This document shows positions 21,365-31,615 of a stretch of DNA of 64,000 nucleotides, piece by piece. A program made the translations under genes and the position numbers. The DNA is from an uncultured Phycisphaerales bacterium (GTDB taxonomy: Bacteria; Planctomycetota; Phycisphaerae; Tepidisphaerales; Tepidisphaeraceae): NCBI GenBank assembly GCA_963755915.1, contig CAVWLP010000002.1, forward strand, positions 1,472,001-1,536,000, written 5' to 3'. Below the pieces are notes generated by a model. That model ran no database searches and was not told where the DNA came from. It saw only the letters and a program-made list of their open reading frames with translations. Numbering within the stretch: position 1 is the first letter of the stretch; the number at the start of each line of letters is the position of its first letter.

Positions 21365-22039
21365 ATGGCTTCATTCCTCATCATCGGCCCCCATCCCGAC
21401 GACCAGGAGCTCGGTATGGGCGGTACGATCGCCCGCCTCGTCGAGCAGGGCCATCGCGTTCATATCATCGACATGACGACCGGCGAGCCTACGCCCCTGG
21501 GTTCCCCCGAAATCCGCCAGCGCGAATCCGCCGCTGCCGCGAAAATCCTCGGCGTCCAGCGAACTCAGCTTGGCCTCGTCAATCGCCAGGTCGTGCACGA
21601 CATCGCCAGTCGCCACAAATTGGCCGCGGCCATCCGAGTGCACAAGCCGGACGCCTTATTCCTGCCGTATCCCCTCGACGCCCACCCCGATCACGTTGCC
21701 GTGACGCGCATCGGCGAAGACGCGCGCTTCGACGCCAAGCTTACGAAAACCGACATCCCCGGCGAGCCCTGGTATCCCAAACGTATCATCTACTATTTCT
21801 GTACGCACCTGCGAATTTCCTTCCAGCCGACGTTCTGCCTCGACATCACGGCTCAGATCGAGAAAAAAATGTCGGCCGTCATGGCCTACGAATCGCAATT
21901 CGTGCTCAATCGCAGCCCCGTCCCCGAAATGGTCAAAACCATCGCCGGCTATTTCGGCAGCCGGATCGGAGTCCCCTACGCGGAGCCGTTTTACACGCAC
22001 GAAGTGCTCGGATTCAGCGGACTAACTGAACTGGTCTAA
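21365..22039 (+). CDS. PIG-L family deacetylase (BshB1-like)
   Basis: [26 protein letters not shown]. Confidence 0.85.
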   Translation: MASFLIIGPHPDDQELGMGGTIARLVEQGHRVHIIDMTTGEPTPLGSPEIRQRESAAAAKILGVQRTQLGLVNRQVVHDIASRHKLAAAIRVHKPDALFLPYPLDAHPDHVAVTRIGEDARFDAKLTKTDIPGEPWYPKRIIYYFCTHLRISFQPTFCLDITAQIEKKMSAVMAYESQFVLNRSPVPEMVKTIAGYFGSRIGVPYAEPFYTHEVLGFSGLTELV

Positions 22040-22794
22040 GAACTCATCCTGTCCGCCGCCAATTCCGCCGGCTCGGGCAAAACAATCGGCGTCAAATCTG
22101 AAATCCTGCGGATGACGAAATCCGCAAGCGCATGCGTCCGCGCGAGCGACATCGGCTGCTTCAGCGCCGTCCGCATCCCCACCCGCCGCGCTCCCATGAC
22201 ATCGTTCCTAACGACATCCCCCACAAACAGTGTCTCGCCGGCCGGCGTCCCGATCTCCGCCAGTGCCCGGCGGAAAATCGCCGGGTGCGGCTTGCGCTTT
22301 CCAAACTCACTGGAATAAATCCGCACTGGAAAAAACTCCAGCAGACCCAGCTCCCGCAAATGCCGATCCAGCAGCGGCGACGTGAACCAGGTGTTGGAGA
22401 CGATCCCCATGCGAATCCCCGCCTCGCGAAAGCTCCTTAGTGTCGCGATCAAATCCCCTTCGATCGAACCATATTCCACGATCGGCCGATACCAGAGCCA
22501 CGCCATTTCGTCCATAAATTCATCGGTATCCGGTGCTCCCAACCGGGCGGTTCGCCTTCGCATTAGTTGAACGATGTTGAATTCCCTGCCGGAAAGCCGG
22601 GAAAGAATCAGCCCCGCCCTCACCGCGGCGACATTCCGCCGCCGATATCGCTCCAGCGCCGGCACCGCATATCCCGCCTCGGTCAGCTGCCGATGCGTAT
22701 CCCTTGCGCCAATCTCGACGATCACTTTCACATCCAGCGGACGAAAATCCACCAGGGTGTCCCCCAGATCGAAAATCACAGCCCGCAGCGCCAT
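22036..22794 (-). CDS. HAD-superfamily hydrolase
   Basis: FDLGDTL, IVSN, KPHPAIF, VGD....D..GA. Confidence 0.9.
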   Translation of the reverse strand: MALRAVIFDLGDTLVDFRPLDVKVIVEIGARDTHRQLTEAGYAVPALERYRRRNVAAVRAGLILSRLSGREFNIVQLMRRRTARLGAPDTDEFMDEMAWLWYRPIVEYGSIEGDLIATLRSFREAGIRMGIVSNTWFTSPLLDRHLRELGLLEFFPVRIYSSEFGKRKPHPAIFRRALAEIGTPAGETLFVGDVVRNDVMGARRVGMRTALKQPMSLARTHALADFVIRRISDLTPIVLPEPAELAADRMSS

Positions 22795-22901
22795 CTGATC
22801 GCATAATCTACCGACCTTCCCCGCACCGGCAAACGTGCAATCCGTCCGCGACATGGCCGCCGGGTTGCATCAAGTAATCCCCAAGCCGTATGCTCCCCGC
22901 C

Positions 22902-23390
22902 ATGCCCGTTCTGGTCATTCTATCGCGCTGGCTGCATGTGATTTCCGCGTGCCTGGCGATCGGCGGGCTCTTTTTCTTCCGCTTCATCCTCCCCCGCGCC
23001 CTCCAGGGCCTCGACGAAGCCGGCTCTGGTCAGGCATTCCTCGCCTGCCGTCGCACCTTCAAAATGCTGATCCACACGGTCATCCTGCTCCTGATTCTCA
23101 CCGGCATTTACAACACCTGTCTCGCGTGGGACAAATACAAGCTCGATGAGGCCGTGCTTCACTCCCTCTGGGGCACGCACCTGCTCCTGGCTGCCCTGGC
23201 GTTCGTGATTCTGCTTTACGTCCTGTCCGGCAAACAGCCGCCGCCGTCTCATCGCAAGCTGATGGGCGTTGGCTTCCTGATCCTCCTGTTGACGGTCGCC
23301 GCCTCTTCCTCGCTGAAATGGGCCCGCGAGCGTGCGGTTGCCCAGCATTCGCTCGAACCCCCCCCAATTGAAAATCCTCTGGCGCCGTAA
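22902..23390 (+). CDS. 4-TM membrane protein (CopD/DUF4149-like)
   Basis: RWLHV.SA...GG..F pattern and four hydrophobic helices. Confidence 0.65.
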   Translation: MPVLVILSRWLHVISACLAIGGLFFFRFILPRALQGLDEAGSGQAFLACRRTFKMLIHTVILLLILTGIYNTCLAWDKYKLDEAVLHSLWGTHLLLAALAFVILLYVLSGKQPPPSHRKLMGVGFLILLLTVAASSSLKWARERAVAQHSLEPPPIENPLAP

Positions 23391-23914
23391 TGACCTACCT
23401 GCTCCACATCCTCCTCTTTCTGATCGCCCGTTACCTGCACATCGTCTGCGCCACGGTCCTCGTCGGCGGAACGCTTTTCTACGAAATGGTGGTCCCCCCC
23501 GCAATCGACGACCTCAAGCCCGAACAGCAGCTCCTCATCTTCGCTCGCGCCAGGCTCTTCTTTAAATGGCTCGTCTGGCTCGCCTGCCTCCTGCTCCTCT
23601 TCAGCGGCGTGATCTGCACCTATGGCCACTGGGGCGAGTACAACCGCATGGAAGGCGTCTCCGCCAGCCCCTTCGCCCGCCCCGGCTGGTGGTGGGCCGC
23701 CCACGCAAGCTGCGGGACGCTCTCCGTCTTCATCGCCATCAGCCTCACCATCGGCAAGGCGCCCCCCAGCCAGCCCATCCGCTGGATGCGCCTGAACCTC
23801 ATGATCCTGCTCCTGGTAATGTTCCTTGCCACGGTCACCCGCCAGACGCGACTGGAATCCTCCGCGCAGACGTTTTACGGTCCAACCGAATCCACCGAAA
23901 TAATTTCGCCGTGA
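23390..23914 (+). CDS. 4-TM membrane protein, paralog of the upstream gene
   Basis: RYLHI.CA...GG..F pattern; overlapping stop/start (TAATG). Confidence 0.65.
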   Translation: MTYLLHILLFLIARYLHIVCATVLVGGTLFYEMVVPPAIDDLKPEQQLLIFARARLFFKWLVWLACLLLLFSGVICTYGHWGEYNRMEGVSASPFARPGWWWAAHASCGTLSVFIAISLTIGKAPPSQPIRWMRLNLMILLLVMFLATVTRQTRLESSAQTFYGPTESTEIISP

Positions 23915-24375
23915 GCCCCGATTCCGACCCATTTCACTCGCCTGCGCCCGAGCCCGATCGCACCATTGCCCCGGGCGTAACCGTCGCCCCCGGCGGCATG
24001 ACCATCGCCTTCTCCCGCGGCAGCGGCCCAGGCGGCCAAAACGTCAACAAGCTCAACACCAAAGCCGAGCTGTGGGTCTCCCTCTCGCAAATCGTCGGAT
24101 TGTCCCCCACCGCCCTCGATCGCCTCCGCGGCCTCGCCGGCCGGCGGCTCACCGCCGCCGATGAGGTTCATCTTGTCAGCGATCTTCATCGAACCCAGGA
24201 AGGCAATCGTCGCGAGATACTGGAGCGATTGCGCGAGCTTATCGTCCAGGCCATGCGCCAGCCCAGGCGCCGCCGCAAAACCCGTCCAACCGCCGCCTCG
24301 CGCCGTCGGCGCCTCGATTCCAAGCGGCGTCAATCTCAAACCAAGCGAACCCGCTCGGGCCGCGATTGGGAATAA
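23911..24375 (+). CDS. arfB: Alternative ribosome-rescue peptidyl-tRNA hydrolase
   Basis: FSRGSGPGGQNVNK, RTQ..N and a basic R/K tail. Confidence 0.9.
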   Translation: MSPDSDPFHSPAPEPDRTIAPGVTVAPGGMTIAFSRGSGPGGQNVNKLNTKAELWVSLSQIVGLSPTALDRLRGLAGRRLTAADEVHLVSDLHRTQEGNRREILERLRELIVQAMRQPRRRRKTRPTAASRRRRLDSKRRQSQTKRTRSGRDWE

Positions 24376-24425
24376 ACCCGCGTCAGTGGTATTTCCGATT
24401 TGCCCCCGCCCGCCGGACCTAATAA

Positions 24426-24848
24426 CTACTCTTCTTCCCCGAATTCCTCTTCATCGTCTTCGTAATCGTCGTCATCGTCGGGATTGTCGAAGTCGTCCTC
24501 CTCATCCTCGTCTTCGTCGTCGTCCTCCTCTTCTTCATCCTCATCTTCCTCTTCATCGTCGAACTCGTCGTCCTCGACCTCCTCGTCGATGTCTTCGTCC
24601 TCTTCTTCCTCTTCTTCGTCCTCGGCTTCGGCTTCCTCTTCCTCCTCTTCTTCGTCTTCCTCTTCGTCCTCCTCCTCTTCGGATTCCGCCTCGTCCTCTT
24701 CATCCTCCTCGTCTTCGTCCGCCGGTTCCTCGGCCGGCTTGCGCTTCGCTGCCTCGGGGAGAGGCCCGAGCGAATCCAGCCACCACAAATCGCCCGTTTC
24801 CAGACCCGGCGCGGCCAGACCCATCTTTGCCAGTGCCGTCAAAACCAT
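24426..24848 (-). CDS. Extremely acidic low-complexity protein (poly-Asp/Glu tail of roughly 100 residues)
   Basis: Uninterrupted GAA/GAG/GAC/GAT frame with mixed synonymous codons; GAGGGAG RBS before ATG 24848 (alternative start 24884). Confidence 0.7.
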   Translation of the reverse strand: MVLTALAKMGLAAPGLETGDLWWLDSLGPLPEAAKRKPAEEPADEDEEDEEDEAESEEEEDEEEDEEEEEEEAEAEDEEEEEEDEDIDEEVEDDEFDDEEEDEDEEEEDDDEDEDEEDDFDNPDDDDDYEDDEEEFGEEE

Positions 24849-25020
24849 TGCTCCCTCACCGCCTGAATATTGTTCGCGAATCATAATTCCAATCCCAGTT
24901 TCACGTGCATGCAACTTCTGTAATCGACCGGCCAAACTGGCCAAAGTGGCGGCATTTAAACGAGACGCATAGGGCGCGTCAAGGGAGAATTGCCCCCTAT
25001 TTGCTAATGGTTTTCTCCCC

Positions 25021-27250
25021 CTACCTAACCCCATGCCGCCGCAGCCGTAGCGCGTTGCCAATCACCGTCGTATCTGATAGCGCCATAGCCCCCGCCGCGA
25101 TGAGCGGATTGAGCAATCCAAATGCCGCCAGCGGAATGGCCAGCACGTTATACGCGAAGGCCAGAAAGAAGTTCTGCCGTATGACCCGCATGGTCGCCCG
25201 GGACAGCCGAATTGCGGCCGCCACCCCCGAAACATTCCCTCCCACCAGGACGATTCCCCCCGTCTCCTTGGCGACATCCGACCCCGACCCGATGGCAATT
25301 CCCAGGTCCGCCGCCGCCAGGGCCGGCGCATCGTTGATCCCATCTCCCACCATCGCCACCGCCGACTTCCCCCCGTTCTGCAATTGCCGGATCACCTCCG
25401 CTTTCCCCCCCGGCTTCACCTCGGCGCGAAAATCCTCGATCCCCACCTCCCGCGCCACCTTCTCCGCCGCCGCGACTGTGTCCCCCGTCAGCAGTACGAC
25501 GCGGAGATTCATTGCCCGAAGCTGCGCGATCGCCGATTTCGCCTCCGCCTTCACCGTATCCGAAAGCTCGATCGTCCCCAGCAGCGTGACCGAGCCGTTG
25601 TTCACCTCCCCGATATGCACTGCCGTTCCTCCGTCCGCTTCCGCGCGGCTTCAGTCAACCCGTGTTCTTTCAGCAGCGCCCGACTCCCGACCAGATATTT
25701 TTCGCGTCCAGCTCCACCGAAACCCCCAGCCCGGTGAAATTGCTGAACGACTCCGGCTCCCGAATCGTCGCTCCATCCGCTCGGGCCTTGGCCACGATGG
25801 CCTTCGCCAGGGGATGGGCGCTGAATTGCTCTGCCGATGCCGCCAGCCCAAGCAGCTCTCGCGGCGCCATCCCATTCGCCGGCGAAATCGACTCCACGGC
25901 CGGCCGTCCCTGCGTGATCGTCCCCGTCTTATCCAGCACGACGGTCTCAACCCTCTCCGCCCTTTGAAGCACGTCGATGTCTCGGATGAGGATTCCCCGC
26001 CTGCGCTCCGGTCCCCGTCCCCACCATCAGCGCCGCCGGCAGCGCCAGCCCCAACGCGCACGGGCAGGCGATGATCAAAACGCTGCAGGTCGCATTCGCC
26101 ATCTCGGCCAGGGTGATCCCCGCCGGCCAATGTCGCAACGCCCCATACGCAAACCATCCCACCGCCGTCACCAGTGCAATCCCCAGAACCGCCGGCACAA
26201 AAACCGCCGCGATCTGGTCCGCCAGCTGCTGCACCGGCGGCTTGGCCGATTGTGCGCTTTCCACCATCTTCACGATCTGCGCCAGCGCCGTCTCCTGCCC
26301 GACGCGCGTCGCCTTGATCGTCAGCCGCCCATCAGTATTGATTGTTCCCCCCACAACCTCATCCCCCACGCCGCGCAAACCGGCAGCGACTCGCCGGTAA
26401 TCATCGACTCATCCACAGCCGATCGCCCCGCGACAATCACCCCATCCACCGGCACGCGATCCCCCGGCCGGACCAGCAGGCGATCCCCTTTGCGCACCTC
26501 CTCCAGCGGCACCTCCCGCGGCATCTCCGCATCGTCCAGCCGCAGCGCCGTCGGCGGCGCCAGCGTCATCAGCTCCGCAATCGCATGACCTGCCGAATCC
26601 CGCGCCCGCGCCTCCAGCCAATGCCCGAGGCTGATCAGCGCCAGCAACCCCGTCGATTCCATCAGGTAAACCGCCACCGGCTGGGCCCACAATCCCATCC
26701 AATGCCCAGCAAGCGCAACCAGGCTATACCCATACGCCACCGACGCCCCCATCGCGATGAGCGTATCCATATTGCTCGTCCCATGCCGAAGTGCCCGAAA
26801 CGCACTGCTGTAAAACCCGCGCCCGACATAGACAATTGCCACGGTGCTCGTGACCAGCGAAACCCACAACAGCCAACCACCCTGATGCTCGTGCCCCATC
26901 GCCAGCCGCATGATCCAGTGCGTGAGTTCCACCGGAAACCAGAGCACGAGCCCGACAATCGCCCGGCGACGCCACAGCTCCGCGTGATTCGCTGCCGGAC
27001 CGTCATGGTGATGCGAATGTCCGCCATCATCCCCGCGAACCGTCGCTTCATACCCCGTCGCGCTGATCGCCGCCGCCACCGCATCGGGCGTCGTTTTGCC
27101 GGAATCCATCGCCACGGTCGCCCGCCCGCTGGCCAGGTTCACCCGGCAATCCGTGACCCCGGCGACTTTGCTGGCGGTGCGCTGCACCGTGCTCACGCAC
27201 CCCGCGCACGACATCCCCTCGACGTCAAAGGTAATTTCGTCGACAGCCAT
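25021..27250 (-). CDS. copA: Cu(I)-type heavy-metal P1B ATPase (several apparent frameshifts)
   Basis: GMSCAGC HMA domain, TGES, ACPC, DKTGT, HP, GDGINDAP, YN and MALS motifs. Confidence 0.88.
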
Positions 27251-27286
27251 CGCCGCATTATAGGCGCAGCGATTTGTGCGCAAACA

Positions 27287-27736
27287 TTATGGCTGCGTGC
27301 TCGGCGCCGCCGGCGGTGGGGGGGGCATCCAGTGATCTAATACGTCGTCGTAAATATAATCCCACTTGTCGCGCTGATCCTCCGTTAAAACCCCCGAAAT
27401 CTCATCGTGGAGCTTCGACAGTTCCAGCTGAACCCGCGGCCGGTTCTCCTCGCGGATCGCCCGCAAATTTCCCTGCGTCTGCGCGATCATCGGCTCAATC
27501 TGCGAAGCCTGCTGTGGCGTCAGATCGAGCCGGCGTGTGAGATATTTCGTTATCCTCGGCGGTACATCCTCCGGATGCCGGATAAAATGCTGGATATTCC
27601 GCACCGCCACGACGATCGTCCCACCGCTCCCGCACACCATCCCCGCAAAAAAAATCACCAGCGCGGCGACGAACCGCACCCATCGCCGTGGTCGCGGCGG
27701 GATGCTCACCATCGGCAGGGGGGGTGGGTTGCTCAT
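27287..27736 (-). CDS. Membrane-anchored Spy/CpxP-like periplasmic protein
   Basis: N-terminal TM; LDLTPQQ and LTEDQR (LTxxQ) motifs. Confidence 0.65.
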   Translation of the reverse strand: MSNPPPLPMVSIPPRPRRWVRFVAALVIFFAGMVCGSGGTIVVAVRNIQHFIRHPEDVPPRITKYLTRRLDLTPQQASQIEPMIAQTQGNLRAIREENRPRVQLELSKLHDEISGVLTEDQRDKWDYIYDDVLDHWMPPPPPAAPSTQP

Positions 27737-27987
27737 TGGAACGTGGTCCAGACCGGCGTAATCAAATCCCCAAACGGATTTTGCATACCCGTAAACGTTT
27801 GAACTGCGATAAACACCACCACAACCGCCGCCAACCCGCTCAAAATCGCCGCCCCCCACATTGGCCGGGGCTCGGCAGGCGCGCTCTGCTCCACCCGGAT
27901 CCGCCGGATCACGTCATCCGCGACATTCACCGCGCCACCGGGTCCCACTGCCACATCCAGCTTCTTGATAAATTCAATTTCGTTCAC
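27733..27987 (-). CDS. Putative anti-sigma factor (single TM)
   Basis: Short ORF overlapping the sigma gene's stop, V...V..RI motif then a TM helix. Confidence 0.6.
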   Translation of the reverse strand: MNEIEFIKKLDVAVGPGGAVNVADDVIRRIRVEQSAPAEPRPMWGAAILSGLAAVVVVFIAVQTFTGMQNPFGDLITPVWTTFQ

Positions 27988-28589
27988 AAGTTCTTCTCCA
28001 TCAGCTTGCGAAGTTTCGATCGCGCCCGAAACGCCTGCACTTTCACCATCGCCCGGCTCCATCCCGTCAACTCGGCAGTCTCCGCCACGCTGCGGTCTTC
28101 CAGGTACATCAGTGTAATCACCAGCCGGTCGCGCGGCGAAAGCCGCTCCATCACCCGATGCAGCCGGTCGACCGCTTCCTGTGCCGACGGGTCCTCCTCC
28201 GCAGCCGCAATATCCTCCAATTTGCCCCTATCATCGGCCCTGCCGCTTTTGTGCACCTGTTTGACATATCCATATCCCACATGCGTGGCAATGCGATTGA
28301 GCCAGTGCTCCACCGGCGCCCGTCCGGCATATCCGCCCAGGCTGAAAAACGCCTGCACGAAAACGTCCTGCACCAGCTCTTCGACCGAACGCCGATCGCG
28401 GGCGAATCGCCGCATTCGCCGGGCGATCGCCTGCTGATGCCGCTCGACGAGCCGACGATAGGCCTCGGCATTTCCCAAAAGGGTGGCGGCAACGTCCGCC
28501 CGATCGGCCTGGTCGTCCATGTCGGCATCATCCACCAGTTGGCCCAAAGGGGACAGCCCAGGCGAAACCGCCGGGCGGGCCTCCCTCAT
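27984..28589 (-). CDS. ECF RNA polymerase sigma factor
   Basis: EELVQDVF, WL.RIA, LSPRDR.VI.L.Y.E..S..E.A...G.....VK....RAR..L. Confidence 0.92.
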   Translation of the reverse strand: MREARPAVSPGLSPLGQLVDDADMDDQADRADVAATLLGNAEAYRRLVERHQQAIARRMRRFARDRRSVEELVQDVFVQAFFSLGGYAGRAPVEHWLNRIATHVGYGYVKQVHKSGRADDRGKLEDIAAAEEDPSAQEAVDRLHRVMERLSPRDRLVITLMYLEDRSVAETAELTGWSRAMVKVQAFRARSKLRKLMEKNL

Positions 28590-29104
28590 TGCTCAGCCGC
28601 CACTTTCGCAAAGAAATCATCCACCGCCTGGTCGGATTGCGAGCGGAAATCCTTGATCTCCTGCCGCTGCTGATCCGTGAGAATCGGCGCGATCTGCCCG
28701 CGAATCTTGCTCGCCAGCACCGCGGCATTTCCGATCGCATTCCCCAAATCGTCGGCGGCGGCGCGAATCGCCTTCTCATCCGGATTCGCCGATATCACCG
28801 CCTCGCGCAGCGCCCGATGCTTCTGCACCACCGGCTCGACCGCCGCGACAATCTCCGCCCGGTGCGATTCCAGAATGGTTCCAATCTGCTGCTTCTGATC
28901 GTCGCTCAGATCCAGCTCCGACCGAAGCACCATCCACCGCCCGATCTGCCCGCGAATCAGCCGCGCCAGCGGGCGATCCGCCCATTGCGTGGTCGGCCCG
29001 GCCAGATCCCCGGCCGTATCCGCCGCCTTCACCCCCATCGAATAGCTCCCCACCCCCAAGAGCCCCGCGGCCGCTAGTCCCAGAAACCATTTGCCAGCTT
29101 TCAT
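28586..29104 (-). CDS. Spy/CpxP family periplasmic chaperone
   Basis: Signal peptide; LDLSDDQKQQI and ILTDQQR motifs; AAGGAG RBS. Confidence 0.85.
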   Translation of the reverse strand: MKAGKWFLGLAAAGLLGVGSYSMGVKAADTAGDLAGPTTQWADRPLARLIRGQIGRWMVLRSELDLSDDQKQQIGTILESHRAEIVAAVEPVVQKHRALREAVISANPDEKAIRAAADDLGNAIGNAAVLASKIRGQIAPILTDQQRQEIKDFRSQSDQAVDDFFAKVAAEQ

Positions 29105-29140
29105 ATGCTGTCTCCTTTGAAAAAGGTCTGTTCAAAGGGA

Positions 29141-29169
29141 TAGTGCTACCACCGCACCGTTTGGTTACA
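29141..29169 (-). promoter_or_regulatory. Possible ECF-type promoter for the spy-sigma operon
   Basis: TGTAACC-17 nt-CACTA on the minus strand. Confidence 0.3.
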
Positions 29170-29184
29170 GGGTGATTCTTCTTA

Positions 29185-29224
29185 CCCCCTCTCCCAGTAA
29201 TCTGGGAGAGGGTAGGGGTGAGGG
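29185..29224. repeat. REP-like palindrome CCCCTCTCCC..GGGAGAGGG.GGGGTGAGGG (copy 1)
   Basis: Similar copies at 34493-34532 and 49553-49592; degenerate copy inside dnaX at ~20495-20560. Confidence 0.75.
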
Positions 29225-29293
29225 CCGGATAAAAAATGCCCGCAATAGGAGTGACTATAGGAAACCAGAATACCTGGCATCGCTCGAACCGGC

Positions 29294-29554
29294 CTATTTC
29301 TTATAGTAAGCCGTATTCTTCTCAATAAACGCCGCCCATTCCGCCGGCAGATCTTCCTGCGGAAATATCGCCGTCACCGGGCATTCATCCACGCATAATC
29401 CGCAGTCGATGCACGTGTCCGGATCGATGAAAAGCTGCTGGGCCGTGGCAAACGCCTCTTCGTCCTTCGTGGGGTGAATGCAGTCCACCGGGCAAACCGC
29501 CACGCAGGCGGTGTCCTTAACGCCGATGCACGGCTCGGCAATGATGTGCGCCAT
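29294..29554 (-). CDS. Ferredoxin (7Fe/dicluster type)
   Basis: C....D..C...CPVDCI and CIDCGLC...CP. Confidence 0.93.
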   Translation of the reverse strand: MAHIIAEPCIGVKDTACVAVCPVDCIHPTKDEEAFATAQQLFIDPDTCIDCGLCVDECPVTAIFPQEDLPAEWAAFIEKNTAYYKK

Positions 29555-29620
29555 GTAAAAGACTCCTTACTTCAGCCGCCGATTATATGAAGAATTCCTC
29601 CCCCCGCAATCATCCCCTTT

Positions 29621-31198
29621 TCACCCCGGAATCAGGCTTTTCCCGCTCATTTCCGCGGGTTGCGGCAGGCCCATCATCTTCAGTGCCGTGGGGGCCACAT
29701 CCGCAAGCCTTCCACCGTCCACCAGCTTCCGGCCCTTAAATCGGTCGTCCACTACAATCACCTCCACATCATAAGTCGTATGCGCGGTGTGCGGGCCGCC
29801 CGTCGTCGGGTCGATCATCTGCTCGCAATTGCCATGGTCCGCCAGAATGATCAGCGTTCCACCCTGTTTCTTCACCGCCTCCACGATCTTCCCGACGCAT
29901 TCGTCCACGACTTCAACCGCCTTGATTGCCGCCGCCAGCACCCCCGTATGCCCCACCATGTCTCCGTTCGCGAAGTTCACCACGATCAGGTCATACATCC
30001 CGCTCTCCACGCGTTTCAGCACTTCCGCACAAACCCCCGGCGCGCTCATCTCCGGCTTCTGGTCATACGTCGTCACCTCCTTCGGCGATGGAATAATCTG
30101 CCGATCCTCCCCCGCGAAGGGCTCTTCACGATAATCATTGAAAAAAAATGTTACGTGCGGAAATTTCTCCGTCTCCGCGCAGCGGAACTGCTTCAGCCCC
30201 AATCCGCTCACATATTCCCCCAGAATATTTATCATCTTCGGCGGCTTCGGATACGCCACGTGCACCGGCAATCCTTCCTCGTATGCCGTCATCGTGCAGT
30301 AATAAATATCGAGCCTCTTCCCCCGATCAAATCCCTTGAAGTCCGGCATCACAAAGGCCTTGGTAATCTCCCGCGGACGATCGCCCCGATAATTATAAAA
30401 AATAATCGTGTCCTCATCCTTCACCACCGCGCGCGGCGTCTGCCCGTCATCGCATATCACCGACGGTGTCACGAATTCATCCCCGGACATGTTCGGCTCC
30501 GAGGGATGCTCGTAATAGTTCTGCACCGCCTCCTGCGCCGACTTGAATTTTGGCCCCGCCCCCTTCACCAGCGCCGCATACGCCTTCTCCACCCGGTTCC
30601 ACCGGTTGTCGCGGTCCATCGCCCAATATCTGCCGCTTACGCTGGCGATCTTCCCCACCCCCAGCTCCTTCATTTTCGCCTCAATTTGCCCGATAAATCC
30701 GATCCCGCTGTTGGGCGGCGTGTCGCGCCCGTCCATGAACGCATGCACAAAAACCGCCTTCGCTCCCTTCCGCTTGCACAGCTCCAAACACGCATATAAA
30801 TGCTCCAGCCGCGCATGTACGCCGGCATCGCTCGCCAGACCCAGCATGTGTACCGCCCCCTTCTTCTGGACCGCGCTCTCCACGGCCGCATTCAGGTCCC
30901 GGTTCTGGAAAAATTCCCCCGTGCGAATCTGCTTGGTGATCGCCACCGATTCCTGGTCGACGATTCTCCCCGCCCCGATGTTCTGGTGCCCCACTTCGCT
31001 GTTGCCCATCGTCCCCTCCGGCAGCCCCACGTCGAACCCGCTGGTGTGGATCAGCGTCGTCGGATATTCCGCCATCAATCGGTCCGCCACCGGATGCTTC
31101 GCGAGATACACCGCGTTCGCGTTGTTCCATTTCGGATACGGATTTTTTCCCCAACCATCGCGCACAATGATCACACACGGACGTTTTTCAATTCGCAT
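29621..31198 (-). CDS. gpmI: 2,3-bisphosphoglycerate-independent phosphoglycerate mutase
   Basis: DGWG, MGNSEVGH, DGRD, GRYWAMDRD, ETEK..HVT, DMVGHTG, DHGN. Confidence 0.96.
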   Translation of the reverse strand: MRIEKRPCVIIVRDGWGKNPYPKWNNANAVYLAKHPVADRLMAEYPTTLIHTSGFDVGLPEGTMGNSEVGHQNIGAGRIVDQESVAITKQIRTGEFFQNRDLNAAVESAVQKKGAVHMLGLASDAGVHARLEHLYACLELCKRKGAKAVFVHAFMDGRDTPPNSGIGFIGQIEAKMKELGVGKIASVSGRYWAMDRDNRWNRVEKAYAALVKGAGPKFKSAQEAVQNYYEHPSEPNMSGDEFVTPSVICDDGQTPRAVVKDEDTIIFYNYRGDRPREITKAFVMPDFKGFDRGKRLDIYYCTMTAYEEGLPVHVAYPKPPKMINILGEYVSGLGLKQFRCAETEKFPHVTFFFNDYREEPFAGEDRQIIPSPKEVTTYDQKPEMSAPGVCAEVLKRVESGMYDLIVVNFANGDMVGHTGVLAAAIKAVEVVDECVGKIVEAVKKQGGTLIILADHGNCEQMIDPTTGGPHTAHTTYDVEVIVVDDRFKGRKLVDGGRLADVAPTALKMMGLPQPAEMSGKSLIPG

Positions 31199-31258
31199 TT
31201 TTGAAGCCTCTCAAAAAATTTCGACGGTGATCTTACTCGACATTCTTTAAAAAAAGCG

Positions 31259-31311
31259 TTGACGCGAAATTTTTAGCAGCGTACATTTGTCATTTGATGA
31301 AAGGAGGTGAT
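31259..31311 (+). promoter_or_regulatory. Sigma70 promoter and extended Shine-Dalgarno for a small peptide gene
   Basis: TTGACG(31259)-17 nt-TACATT(31282); AAAGGAGGTGAT at 31300-31311. Confidence 0.8.
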
Positions 31312-31318
31312 TCCGTAT

Positions 31319-31375
31319 ATGGCAAAGAAGAAGCCCGCTAAGAAGGCGAAAAAGAAGACGACCAAGAAGAAGTAA
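31319..31375 (+). CDS. 18-aa lysine-rich peptide MAKKKPAKKAKKKTTKKK
   Basis: ATG...TAA downstream of a near-consensus promoter and SD; 11 of 18 residues are Lys; too short for the ORF track. Confidence 0.75.
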   Translation: MAKKKPAKKAKKKTTKKK

Positions 31376-31504
31376 CGCGATCTAATATCGCGACCCGGGC
31401 GCGTGGCTCCCTACGTTCCGCCCGGCAGTACTTGGTCTCGTGTCTCGTAGTTCATAACCTTAAACCTCTGCGGCCTTGGCTCCAATCTTAGGCCACGGAA
31501 CATC

Positions 31505-31545
31505 GAAGAAAGCTTCCCTGCCACGGCGGAAGCTTTCTTCTTTTT
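31505..31545 (+). terminator. Rho-independent terminator
   Basis: 13-bp perfect stem GAAGAAAGCTTCC/GGAAGCTTTCTTC followed by TTTTT. Confidence 0.85.
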
Positions 31546-31615
31546 GGCCCGCCGCTATTTCCGTCCCCACCTCTTGTAAAGAGCCGACATCGTCCGATAA
31601 TTACCCCACCAACGC

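Noticed and set aside
24419-24972. Poly-Ser and poly-Arg/Lys ORFs
   Set aside because: Alternative-frame and antisense shadows of the acidic protein gene
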